DNA of 64,000 nucleotides from Methylococcales bacterium (GTDB lineage Bacteria; Pseudomonadota; Gammaproteobacteria; Methylococcales; Methylomonadaceae): NCBI GenBank assembly GCA_028712795.1, contig JAQTPT010000015.1, positions 5,619 to 69,618 of the forward strand, read 5' to 3'. Shown piece by piece: positions 55,241 to 64,000 of this stretch (position 1 is its first letter; each line of letters starts with the position of its first letter). The notes under the pieces were generated by a model. It saw only the letters and a program-made list of their open reading frames with translations, ran no database searches and was not told where the DNA came from. The position numbers and the translations under genes were made by a program.

Positions 55241-57952
55241 ATGAAAATTACTCAACGCGCAGCCAAACTTGCCGAATGCTTTGCCCGGAACCCCTGGCGG
55301 GTATTGGGTGTAGCTTTGCTACTGTCGATTCTGGCTGGCTGGGCGGCAGCGCAATTACCCGTCCACACCTCGCGTCAGGCCTTGCTTCCCCAGAACACGG
55401 CAGTAGCAAAACGCTTCAACGATTTCCTGAAGAACTTTGGTGCGGCTTCGGATCTGATGGTGGTCTTGGAGGGCGCTCCCCGTAGCGAATTGGAGTCCTT
55501 TGCCAATGATCTGGCAGACAAGCTCGAAGCAGAACCCGAGATTGCTCAGGCGACCGCACATCTCGACATGGCGTTTTTCCTGAACCACTCCTATCTGTTG
55601 ATGCCAATAGAGGGTCTGGACAAGCTTGCGCAGATGGCAAACGCGCCCGTCCCAAGCGGCGGGATGGAAGAAAACCTGCGCAAAGCGTTGGTTTGGAGCA
55701 AAGACCATCCACCCTTGGGCGGAACGGACACCGGCCTTCAAACCGCAGAAGCCAGCCTGAATCTTGCGGCGTTTTTTCTGGAAGAGTGGCAACGTTGGCT
55801 GACTGTCGAAACAGCGCCCGCTGGCCTGGACTGGAACCGGCTATTGGCTAAAAACGGCGCGGGCGGCATGGCCGATGGTTACTTTGCCTCGCGTGACGGG
55901 CGGATGTTGTTTTTGTTCGTCCACCCGAAAAACCCTTCCGGGGATTTCGGGAACCTCGGCCCCTTCGTCAATAAGGTCAAGCAAGTGTCGGCGGCCTTGG
56001 CAGAACAATCCAAAGCCAACGGCCACACGCCTCCTATTGTTGGCCTGACCGGGTTACCTGCCATCGAGTACGAAGAATACGTCAACATCCGCAAGGATAT
56101 TACCTTGGTGATATTCACCTCCGCAGGCCTCATCGCAGCTTTGATCCTGCTGGTAGTGCGGAGCGTGCGCTGGGCTGTACTGATTTTCATCCCTATGGGG
56201 CTCGGAGTGCTGTGGAGCTTGGGCCTGGCCCTAGTCACCGTCGGCCACCTGACTATTATCACCGCCGCCTTCATCGCCATCCTGTTTGGTCTGGGAGCGG
56301 ACTACGGGATCTTCACCTCCTCGCGCATCGCCGAAGAACGACGTGCAGGCAAACCTTTGGTGGAAGCGATTGGGGCCGGCATTGGCTCATCCTTCATAGC
56401 GGTACTGACGGCAGGCGGCGCCTCATTGCTGATCTTCGGCGCTTTAACCACCGTCGACTTTCCCGGTTTTTCCGAACTGGGCCTGGTGGCAACTAAAGGC
56501 GTGCTGCTGATCCTGATCAGCACCTGGATGGTTCAACCCGCGCTTTACGCCTTGCTGCCACCCAAACTGAGAGACATGCAATCGCTAAGCACGCAACCAG
56601 TTCCCGTAAAATCTGGAAAATACGGCGGCGCATTCCCCAAGCCTGTCGCAATGGCTCTAGTGATACTGGCATTTGGCGGCGCTATCTTTGGTGGAGTGAA
56701 AGGTCTTGGGATTCCCTTCGACTACGATGTTTTGGCGATGTTGCCTAAAGATTCCCAAGCAGCCTACTACCAGCGCCGTATGGTGGCGGAGAGCGATTAT
56801 CAGGCCGAAGTCATCATTTTCACCGCCAAGGATATGGCCGAAGCCCGACGGATCACCAGCGAGGCAGGCAAGCTCAAGACGGTTGCCCAGGCGCAGTCAC
56901 TGACCAGCCTGTTTCCCGAGGATGCCGGCGCACGCCTCCACAAAGCCGTGAGTATCAGCGAGTCGTTCGCCCGGACAGATTACGCCAAACAAATCGCAGA
57001 ACTTAACCGGGAGGGCTTGTCTATAAAATCCTTCGATTTACTGCGGGCAGTCCTGAACAACGGAACCACGATTATTGATGAAGCCCAAGAGCAGGCATTT
57101 TCCGCCGGACATACCAAACTGGTCGAAAGTTTGGAGAAAGTGCGCGGTCAACTTACATCCATCTCGGCCATACTCGCTACAGATGGCGAACGGGGCCGAG
57201 TGCGTAGCGAGAGCTTTATACGTGCCTTGCTGACCGGAGCGGATACCGGACTCAAAGTCATCGGCGGCTGGCAACATGCCCAGCCCCTTACACCAGAGCA
57301 GTTGCCGCCTGCCCTGCACGACCGTTTTTTTGCCGCTGATGGCAGTATTGCGATCTACGCATTCCCGGCAAAAACCGTGTACGATCCCGGCAACCTCGAC
57401 GCTCTGATTAAAGACGTGTATAGCGTTTCCCCGGAAGCAACAGGCTTTCCTACCACGCACCAGGAGTTTTCCAAGGCCGTAGTAGAAAGTTTCACCCGTG
57501 GCACGCAGTTGGCCCTGGCGCTGTGCCTGCTTTGGGTTATGGCGGTGACGCGCAGTGTGCGCGGCTTCGCCTTGGCAGCGCTCCCCTTGCTGATCGGCGG
57601 CGGCTGGATGCTGGGACTGATGGCTCTGGGCGGCATTCGTTACAATTACGCCAACATTGTCGCCTTGCCCTTAGTCATTGCGTTGGCGGTGGATTATGGC
57701 GTGTGGTTCAGCTACCGATGGAACGAATTGAAAGGTCATACGCCCCTGCAAGTCAGCCTGATCGCCGGCAAGGTAATCGGGTTAGCCGCTGGAACCGAAT
57801 TGGCTGGCCTGGGCGCCATCACCCTGGCCAGCTATCGGGGCGTGTCCTCGCTGGGCGTGAGCATCACCATCGGATTATTGTGCTGCCTGACCGCAACCCT
57901 TATCGTGGCTCCGGCCATTGGACAGTTAATTGACTCCAAGAGAAAACCCTAA
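55241..57952 (+). CDS. MMPL-family / RND-superfamily transporter (HpnN-like architecture)
   Basis: 903 aa with two blocks of ~6 TM helices, each preceded by a large periplasmic loop. It has the repeated GADYGIF / AVDYGVWF motif typical of MMPL/RND permeases. Confidence 0.8.
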   Translation: MKITQRAAKLAECFARNPWRVLGVALLLSILAGWAAAQLPVHTSRQALLPQNTAVAKRFNDFLKNFGAASDLMVVLEGAPRSELESFANDLADKLEAEPEIAQATAHLDMAFFLNHSYLLMPIEGLDKLAQMANAPVPSGGMEENLRKALVWSKDHPPLGGTDTGLQTAEASLNLAAFFLEEWQRWLTVETAPAGLDWNRLLAKNGAGGMADGYFASRDGRMLFLFVHPKNPSGDFGNLGPFVNKVKQVSAALAEQSKANGHTPPIVGLTGLPAIEYEEYVNIRKDITLVIFTSAGLIAALILLVVRSVRWAVLIFIPMGLGVLWSLGLALVTVGHLTIITAAFIAILFGLGADYGIFTSSRIAEERRAGKPLVEAIGAGIGSSFIAVLTAGGASLLIFGALTTVDFPGFSELGLVATKGVLLILISTWMVQPALYALLPPKLRDMQSLSTQPVPVKSGKYGGAFPKPVAMALVILAFGGAIFGGVKGLGIPFDYDVLAMLPKDSQAAYYQRRMVAESDYQAEVIIFTAKDMAEARRITSEAGKLKTVAQAQSLTSLFPEDAGARLHKAVSISESFARTDYAKQIAELNREGLSIKSFDLLRAVLNNGTTIIDEAQEQAFSAGHTKLVESLEKVRGQLTSISAILATDGERGRVRSESFIRALLTGADTGLKVIGGWQHAQPLTPEQLPPALHDRFFAADGSIAIYAFPAKTVYDPGNLDALIKDVYSVSPEATGFPTTHQEFSKAVVESFTRGTQLALALCLLWVMAVTRSVRGFALAALPLLIGGGWMLGLMALGGIRYNYANIVALPLVIALAVDYGVWFSYRWNELKGHTPLQVSLIAGKVIGLAAGTELAGLGAITLASYRGVSSLGVSITIGLLCCLTATLIVAPAIGQLIDSKRKP

Positions 57953-58791
57953 TGCGAAAAACTTACCTTATTATCATTGCCAGCCTGTTGTTCCCTATCG
58001 CCGTATATGCCGCGCCCGGTCTGGAAATGATCGTGGTGTGTTACCCCGGCGGCTCCGTCAATGCCAAGGATGCCAACGGGGCGATGAGTTCCATGTTACG
58101 GGTGGTCGAACGGGTTGGACAGTGGCAGGAGAACAGCTTCAACAGTCTGTTCACTGCTAAAGCCGACGAATGCAGGAAACAAATGACAGAAAAAAATCCC
58201 AAGTTCGCCATCACCTCGTTAGGCCTCTATTTGGAATTGCGGAGCCAACACAACTTGGTGCCAGTGGTTCAGCCCAAGATTAAAGGCAGCACCACTGAAC
58301 GTTACCGGGTAATGGTTCAGAAAGACAAATATAAGAGCCTGGCCGATCTGAAAGGCAAAACTCTGGGCGGCACGGTATTGGAAGAACCGGCCTTTATCGG
58401 CAAAATTGTTTTTGCCGGGAAATACGACCCCGCCAGTTTCTTCGTCCTAAAAACGTCCAATCAGGCCATCCGTGCATTGCGTTCTTTGGACAAAGGGGAA
58501 TTGGACGCTGTTATTTTGAATGAACAACAATTCGCCGGACTCGCTTCGCTTCAGATGAAAACGCCATTGGAAGCGGTCTTCACGTCCGGGGAAATCCCGC
58601 TAATGGGCGTGGTCGCCAACGGCGCCACCACAACTGCGGAAGAACGCGCCCGCTTTGGCAAAGCGCTAGAGGGAATGTGTACAGACACCGAGGGCAAAAA
58701 ATTATGCGAACTGTTTGGAGTGGAAGCTTTCACCTCCGTTGACGCGGCTGTATTCGAGCCGATGGTAAAACTATGGGCTGAGGGGAAATAA
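57952..58791 (+). CDS. periplasmic type-2 substrate-binding protein (PhnD/SsuA-like fold)
   Basis: Signal peptide MRKTYLIIIASLLFPIAVYA, plus DLKGKTLGG and LDKGELDAVILNEQQF patterns typical of PBP2 proteins. The start overlaps the MMPL stop. Confidence 0.5.
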   Translation: MRKTYLIIIASLLFPIAVYAAPGLEMIVVCYPGGSVNAKDANGAMSSMLRVVERVGQWQENSFNSLFTAKADECRKQMTEKNPKFAITSLGLYLELRSQHNLVPVVQPKIKGSTTERYRVMVQKDKYKSLADLKGKTLGGTVLEEPAFIGKIVFAGKYDPASFFVLKTSNQAIRALRSLDKGELDAVILNEQQFAGLASLQMKTPLEAVFTSGEIPLMGVVANGATTTAEERARFGKALEGMCTDTEGKKLCELFGVEAFTSVDAAVFEPMVKLWAEGK

Positions 58792-58795
58792 GACC

Positions 58796-59608
58796 TTGAG
58801 AAAAGTACGCCTTATTATTTCGACTGTTTCGCTATCAGTACTTCTGGCAGGCTGCGCCGGTTTTCAACACAATACTATCCAGATTGAACAGCCTTCCGGC
58901 TGCCCCAAGCAGACCGCCGCTTCGCTGGCCTCCGAACAAAATCAACTTGATTCTTTAAGCGATACGCATACGCTGGCCTGTGCGCTAACTGTCCTGCACA
59001 AAACCCAGGATCTGGCTGTGCGCCGTACTTCGCTAGGTAGCCGCCTAAGCCTAAACCTGGCTGAACGTGAAACAAACCCGGACAAACGTGAAAAGCTCGC
59101 CAACGTGGGCGTGGATTTTGCGGAAGCCGCCTTGGCTCAAGGTGCCGGTGATGGAACGGTGCATTACTACCTGGCGGCCAACCTTGGCCTTGCGGTGCGC
59201 GAACATCCAGCGCTGGCCATGGGTAACCTTGGCCGGCTGGAAAATGAGATGAAACAGGCTGTGGCGTTAAGCCCGGACATTGACGGCGGCGGACCGCTTC
59301 GCCTTTTGGGGACTCTTTATCTCAAAGCACCGGCTTGGCCCAATGGCATTGGCGACCGTGATAAGGCGCTGGAACTTCTGGGGAAGGCGGTAAAAGAACA
59401 TCCAGCGCATCCGCTCAACCACCTGTTTTACGCGCAGGCACTCTGGGATGATGGCGGCGAGGCAGCACTAAACCAGGCAAAAGCCGAATTCGCGCTGGGA
59501 AAAAAGCTATTGAACCAGGGCAATTGGGGATACAGTAAAGAGCCCTGGAAAAAGGAATTCGACGAATTCCAACAGGAGTTTGGATGCTCCAATAGCGTAG
59601 GTTCGTAA
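58796..59608 (+). CDS. TPR-like lipoprotein resembling the TatT component of TPR-associated TRAP transporters
   Basis: Lipobox LLAGCAG. Helical repeats with DGGGPLRLLGTLYLKAPAWPNGIGDRDKALELLGKAV match my memory of the TatT family. Confidence 0.55.
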   Translation: MRKVRLIISTVSLSVLLAGCAGFQHNTIQIEQPSGCPKQTAASLASEQNQLDSLSDTHTLACALTVLHKTQDLAVRRTSLGSRLSLNLAERETNPDKREKLANVGVDFAEAALAQGAGDGTVHYYLAANLGLAVREHPALAMGNLGRLENEMKQAVALSPDIDGGGPLRLLGTLYLKAPAWPNGIGDRDKALELLGKAVKEHPAHPLNHLFYAQALWDDGGEAALNQAKAEFALGKKLLNQGNWGYSKEPWKKEFDEFQQEFGCSNSVGS

Positions 59609-59651
59609 CTAAAATTGGTGGGCCTGCGGCTTGAAACTAATCAATGGCATT

Positions 59652-60689
59652 TCAATGGCACTGACCCAAAACACCGCAAAGGCGCTCAAAGGACTTGAGC
59701 ATTTTGTTTTTCAGCAACTCCCGGCCCGCTAAATGTTTGACATCGCTCGCAGTACCCGACACTTGGTCGGTGAAACTGCGCACCTCCTGAAAAACCACCG
59801 TGCCGTCGCGATAGGGAAGACAACCGGTTAGCCATTGACTGGAATTGTAGGAATGCGACGCATAGAACTCTCTGTTCAACACCAAAACACCGCCGTTCCA
59901 ATCAATGCTAATACGGTGCCTGAGGATGGCTGCCGTTCTCCCTTCTACGTTTTTTTCCACCCAAGGAAACGTCTCAACCGCTTGCGGTGGCAATGCTTTC
60001 GGATAGTCCAACCAAGCCTTCTGCAAAACTGGAAAGTAACGAGCCAGAATGGCGCTTGCGTTTGCCGCTTGGCGCAGTTCCAAGGAAGGCTTGGAATCCA
60101 AGCCCTCCTCTCGTGCGTAAGGCGCTATCGCATTTATTCCCCCGCGCCGGTAGGCCTTAAAGCGCTTGAAAAGAATATCGCGGTAGTGCTGTCCGACTTC
60201 GCCCTCAATAGCTCTGTGGGGCATCCGCTTGAGCATTTTCTTGAGAGTTTTTAAACTCTCGATCTCATGAACGGACAGGTTAAATTCGTCACCTGGCTCT
60301 GCATCCAACAATGCCTGAGCTTCTTCCCTGGAAAAGGCGGCAAGTGCCAAAGAATCCGCCCCGCCTTGCTCCGTCAACAACCCATAAGCAGTGACATCAA
60401 CATCCAGCAAGTCTGGATTACCCTGCCGCAAAAGTTCAGCAACCTTTGCTATAGGAACGGGAAGATATCTGACGATGCCCATAGCAAGTTCGTCGTCCCT
60501 GTTTTCGCTCAAAGGATAAGAGACGGTCTGTCCTTGCGCAAGTCCGGCAATTTGACCTTTATCGACACCCAATACACTCAATACTTCCTCTATTGCTGGC
60601 GGTTCTGCAAAAGCAGAAGTACCCAGCAGAATAAAACAAATACCCAATTGCCGTGCGGCAACTGCACTATATTTCAGTTTAAAAAACAT
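59652..60689 (-). CDS. hypothetical secreted protein
   Basis: 345-aa ORF with an N-terminal signal peptide (LGICFILLGTSAFA). No family was recognised. It is convergent with the MMPL operon. Confidence 0.5.
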   Translation of the reverse strand: MFFKLKYSAVAARQLGICFILLGTSAFAEPPAIEEVLSVLGVDKGQIAGLAQGQTVSYPLSENRDDELAMGIVRYLPVPIAKVAELLRQGNPDLLDVDVTAYGLLTEQGGADSLALAAFSREEAQALLDAEPGDEFNLSVHEIESLKTLKKMLKRMPHRAIEGEVGQHYRDILFKRFKAYRRGGINAIAPYAREEGLDSKPSLELRQAANASAILARYFPVLQKAWLDYPKALPPQAVETFPWVEKNVEGRTAAILRHRISIDWNGGVLVLNREFYASHSYNSSQWLTGCLPYRDGTVVFQEVRSFTDQVSGTASDVKHLAGRELLKNKMLKSFERLCGVLGQCH

Positions 60690-60962
60690 TGGACATGCCT
60701 TCGTGACAAGTAATTGTGGGCATAAAGCATGGGGGGGATTAGCGATATATTTAGCTGCTGTTGTCGCTTCGAGAAGTCAGCTCAACTCATCGCTTGGAGG
60801 GGTTAAGTGTCTATCCGCTTGCAACACCAAGGCTGGCGGGTTTTTAGTTAATTCTCCCTCTTCACCCTCACTTTGTCTTCCCCATTTTTTTCAAAGGGGA
60901 AAGTGTATCACCTGCTGTTGGCTGACGCTGGTTTTGCACAATAGGGCAATGCTGACTGAACT

Positions 60963-61397
60963 CTAAAAAGGAATATCGTCATCATACGGCGCATCAAAAT
61001 TATCATGACTGGCTGCTTGCCGGACGGGCGGCTGTTCACGCACTCCGGAAGGCTGATAGTTTTGTTGCGGCTGGCTGGATTCGTTTTTCTTGCCAATCAA
61101 ATCAATAATATTGGCGTTGAGCTCCAGACTGGTTTTAGTCGTGCCGTCATTCGCTTTGTATTCGCTTTGGGTCAGTTCACCCGACACAAACACTTGCTGA
61201 CCTTTTTTCAAATAATCTTTTAACGATCCTTCAGCGCGTTTACCAAACAACGCCACCCGAATCCACAGGGTTTGTTGTTTATCACCAAAACCGATATTGT
61301 TGGCTACGGTAAAACTCAATACTGCCAGCCCGGATTGGGCGTATCTTACCTCGGCATCCCTGCCGACGGTGCCTGTAAAACTGAAGACGTTACTCAT
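60963..61397 (-). CDS. ssb: single-stranded DNA-binding protein
   Basis: 144 aa with an OB-fold N-terminus (FTGTVGRDAEVRY...LWIRVALFGKRAE), a Gln/Pro-rich linker and an acidic tail DDDIPF. Confidence 0.9.
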   Translation of the reverse strand: MSNVFSFTGTVGRDAEVRYAQSGLAVLSFTVANNIGFGDKQQTLWIRVALFGKRAEGSLKDYLKKGQQVFVSGELTQSEYKANDGTTKTSLELNANIIDLIGKKNESSQPQQNYQPSGVREQPPVRQAASHDNFDAPYDDDIPF

Positions 61398-61467
61398 TTT
61401 TATCTCATGGTTGAATTAACATTGTCGCTATTATCGTTTGCTTTGGGCTTCTCTTCAAAGGAAAAAG

Positions 61468-63792
61468 TCAGCGTCCGGCAAAATCCATTTCAACCTTGCC
61501 ATTCACCAGCTTTAAATTAACCTCAAACGCCGTGCCTTTCGCCGATTTGAAACCTTTCAAAATGCCAGTTTCGCCTTTGTTTAACAGTCTTTTAGCAATC
61601 GCCGGGGTTATTTTCTTTTGTGCGATGGTTTTCCAGATGACCACCTTACAACCGTTGCGCCATTCACTACAACTGTAGGCTTTGCCCGTCTCGATGATTT
61701 TGCCGTTACAAAGCGGGCAATCGGCAAGCGTGTCTGTCAAGTTTGCCGCCTGCTGATTTTGCAATTTGTTATAGCCAATATCACCCATTGGATTAAGGGT
61801 AAGTTGGGCATTTAAAACGTCATCATTTATTTTGATGGCGTAAGCGTTCAGGGTTCGGCCATTTTGCAGTAACTGGCACGCCATGTCACGAGTGACATTA
61901 ACGTCATAAGCTTTCTTCCATAACACAAACTTACACCCGGCTTTCCACTGGCTGCAACCGTAACCTTGCCTGCCTTCAATAATCGGGTGCTGGCAGAGCG
62001 GGCAGTCGCCTAACCTGCTGTCATCATAAAGCGGCTTTGCGGATTCATCTTTTAATTGCCGGGTAAATTGAATGATCTCGGCCATAAATTGATCGGGATC
62101 ATATTCGTTGTGCTCTATTTTTTTGAGCTTGGCCTCCCATTCGCCGGTCATTGCCGCAGACTTCAAGCGGTCATCCGCGATAATGGAAATCAAATGCCGC
62201 CCTGATCCGGTGCTGAGCAATAATTTCTTTTGCCGCTGGATATAGTTGCGCTTGATGAGCACTTCAATAATTGAAGCCCGGGTCGCCGGCGTGCCCAGAC
62301 CTTTTTCTTTTAATGCTTCCTTGAGCTCTTCATCATCGCAGGTTTTCCCGGCTGACTCCATCATGCCCAACAAACTGGCTTCGTTATAGGCTTTGGGCGG
62401 CGTCGTTTTGCCCTGATTAATTGATGGCTGATGCGGCCCCGTTTCCCCCTCTGCAAAATGTGGCAGGATTTTTATCTCGCTCCCTTGCTGACCGGGCGAA
62501 TCATTTTTATACAAAACCTGCCAGCCGGGTGATTCGATAATCGTGCCGGTGGTTTTAAATTTTACTTGCCGGGTTTCACCCAAAACCGTGGTGATCTGTT
62601 TGACGCAAGACGGATAAAAAGACGCGATAAAACGCAAGACGATGGCTTCATAAACGTTGGCCTCATCATTGGCTAAAGACCCCGGCAAAGCGGCCGTAGG
62701 AATAATGGCATGGTGATCGGTGACTTTAGCGTCATTAAAACAACGGCTACTGAACGCTAGTTTATCAAGATCCAATGCCGCTATCTGTTGTCCAAAATTC
62801 ATGCGCAATTTTTCCAGCAAAGGCTTCATACCGGGCTTCATATCGTTGGTTAAACAACGGCTATCCGTGCGGGGATAAGTGATATGTTTTTTCTCGTATA
62901 GCTGCTGGGCGCACGTTAAGGTTTGCTCGGCAGTAAAGCCATAACGGATGCTCATGTCTTTCTGTAAATCAGTCAGGTCATACAATAACGGCGGATTGAC
63001 CAGTTCACGCTTACCCTTTACAGAGGTAATCCCGAAATCATGGCCTTCAATCCGGCTTAGCAGAGCCTCGGCATCGGGTTTCCGGTCAAACCGCCCGCCG
63101 GCATACTGAAAATCAGCGCCTCTATAAAGGGTATGCAATTCCCAAAAGTCCTTGGGGACAAAGCGGGTGATTTCCAAATCCTTTTGCACAATCATCGCAA
63201 GCACTGGCGTTTGCACCCGGCCCAGCGTCCATAATGTGCCCTGCTGACCAAACTTGAGGGTATACAGCCGCGTCGAATTCAGGCCCACTATCCAGTCAGA
63301 TTCGCTCCGGCATTTGGCGGCCCGGTAAAGCCCATCGTAGGCGTTGCCATCCTGTAATTGAGCAAAGCCCCTGCGGATGGCATCATCCGTCAGCGAACTG
63401 ATCCACAGACGTTTAAACGGTTTTTGCAAGCATTGTGTCCATGACAGAATATACCTGAAAATCAACTCCCCTTCCCTTCCGGCATCGGTGGCACAGATAA
63501 TTTCATCCGCTGATTGGAATAAGCGCCTGATGGTATTTAATTGTTTTTGCGCAGATTCATCGCCCCGCGCTTTCAGGCCAAATTGTTCAGGAATGATGGG
63601 TAAGGCGTCCAGCGACCAGCGTTTCCATTCGGGGTGGTATTCATCCGGTTCTTTTAATTCAACCAGATGGCCAAACGCCCAGGTTATTTGATAGGCGTTG
63701 CCCTCGAAATAACCGTCACGCTTGCTGTTGATGGCTAGACATTTGGCGATGTCCCGGGCAACCGAAGGCTTTTCGGTCAGGATGACTTTCAT
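61468..63792 (-). CDS. topB: DNA topoisomerase III with two C-terminal zinc-ribbon repeats
   Basis: 774 aa with a Toprim N-terminus (MKVILTEKPSVARDIA...ATDAGREGELI) and the type IA core (ITYPRTDS active-site Tyr region). The C-terminal repeats are CPLC...C..W..GC. Confidence 0.9.
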   Translation of the reverse strand: MKVILTEKPSVARDIAKCLAINSKRDGYFEGNAYQITWAFGHLVELKEPDEYHPEWKRWSLDALPIIPEQFGLKARGDESAQKQLNTIRRLFQSADEIICATDAGREGELIFRYILSWTQCLQKPFKRLWISSLTDDAIRRGFAQLQDGNAYDGLYRAAKCRSESDWIVGLNSTRLYTLKFGQQGTLWTLGRVQTPVLAMIVQKDLEITRFVPKDFWELHTLYRGADFQYAGGRFDRKPDAEALLSRIEGHDFGITSVKGKRELVNPPLLYDLTDLQKDMSIRYGFTAEQTLTCAQQLYEKKHITYPRTDSRCLTNDMKPGMKPLLEKLRMNFGQQIAALDLDKLAFSSRCFNDAKVTDHHAIIPTAALPGSLANDEANVYEAIVLRFIASFYPSCVKQITTVLGETRQVKFKTTGTIIESPGWQVLYKNDSPGQQGSEIKILPHFAEGETGPHQPSINQGKTTPPKAYNEASLLGMMESAGKTCDDEELKEALKEKGLGTPATRASIIEVLIKRNYIQRQKKLLLSTGSGRHLISIIADDRLKSAAMTGEWEAKLKKIEHNEYDPDQFMAEIIQFTRQLKDESAKPLYDDSRLGDCPLCQHPIIEGRQGYGCSQWKAGCKFVLWKKAYDVNVTRDMACQLLQNGRTLNAYAIKINDDVLNAQLTLNPMGDIGYNKLQNQQAANLTDTLADCPLCNGKIIETGKAYSCSEWRNGCKVVIWKTIAQKKITPAIAKRLLNKGETGILKGFKSAKGTAFEVNLKLVNGKVEMDFAGR

Positions 63793-63863
63793 GATGGCGA
63801 AGGCGAATAGTTAATAATTTAAGGTATTCTACCGCCACTGGACAGTACATAAGCAAGTGGCAT

Positions 63864-64000
63864 TCAGCCGCCTAACTTAAATAAATCCAGCGGACTGCCA
63901 TGAAACAAAATAAATCGCTTGATCCACTGCACATATTGCGTTTCAGTACGAATGCTGTAATGCTTAACGCGAAAGCGATCACGAACCTGATCCAGTAGTT
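63864..64000 (-). pseudogene. truncated integron-integrase-like tyrosine recombinase fragment (N-terminal SAM-like domain only; 5' end lies beyond the window)
   Basis: My manual minus-strand translation gives LLDQVRDRFRVKHYSIRTETQYVQWIKRFILFHG, then SPLDLFKLGG and a stop. This matches the IntI N-terminal pattern LLDQVRxxIRxxHYSxRTEQxYVxWIxRFIxFHG, but the ORF ends about 10 codons later. Confidence 0.55.

Noticed and set aside
1-64000. tRNA, rRNA, tmRNA, riboswitch or CRISPR features
   Set aside because: Reading the intergenic regions, I saw no cloverleaf-type sequence (no GGTTCGAATCC-like T-arm), no rRNA-like stretch and no regularly spaced direct repeats. A covariance-model scan (tRNAscan-SE/Infernal) would be needed to exclude small structured RNAs rigorously.

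Overview
This 64-kb chromosomal window is most likely from a gammaproteobacterium. That guess rests only on conserved housekeeping gene strings: nadE; grxD/argD-argF; ilvD; argA-cpdA; rluB-scpB-scpA-RDD-M50 protease-yciO. I found no rRNA, tRNA or CRISPR array. Main blocks in order:

- **1-15 kb:** mixed core genes. These include the AmmeMemoRadiSam triad (radical SAM, MEMO-like, AMMECR1), ycgN, a MerR/B12-binding (CarH-like) regulator, nadE, a truncated putA remnant, and two L,D-transpeptidases next to an Lpp/OprI-type lipoprotein.
- **15.5-28.4 kb, minus strand:** a complete Wzx/Wzy-dependent exopolysaccharide locus. It holds the priming sugar transferase, Wza, Wzc, Wzy, Wzx, a methyltransferase and four glycosyltransferases. 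A diverged ~320-bp tandem duplication sits at the wzc/wzy junction. A 72-nt conserved element occurs once at each end of the locus.
- **29-37.4 kb:** a 1220-aa secreted protein with two tandem CBM-like repeats and a clan GH-A-like C-terminal motif set. It is followed by an unusual HK / lipoprotein / HK / OmpR-type regulator operon and an IS3 transposase remnant.
- **38-43 kb:** grxD, argD, argF, an SH3-domain protein and ilvD.
- **43.1-46.8 kb:** a hypervariable spot between ilvD and argA. It contains an AT-rich orphan gene pair, whose larger protein has ADP-ribosyltransferase-like motifs. It also contains a RAYT transposase with its REP elements, REP doublets, a DUF1640 gene and higBA. The argA 5' end is duplicated as a 37-bp direct repeat.
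- **46.8-53.4 kb:** core genes.
- **53.6-60.7 kb:** two unknown coiled-coil/membrane proteins, then an MMPL/RND transporter operon with a periplasmic binding protein and a TatT-like TPR lipoprotein.
- **61-64 kb:** ssb-topB next to a truncated integron-integrase-like fragment at the window edge.

All functional calls come from reading motifs and remembered family signatures in the supplied translations. No database search was run.
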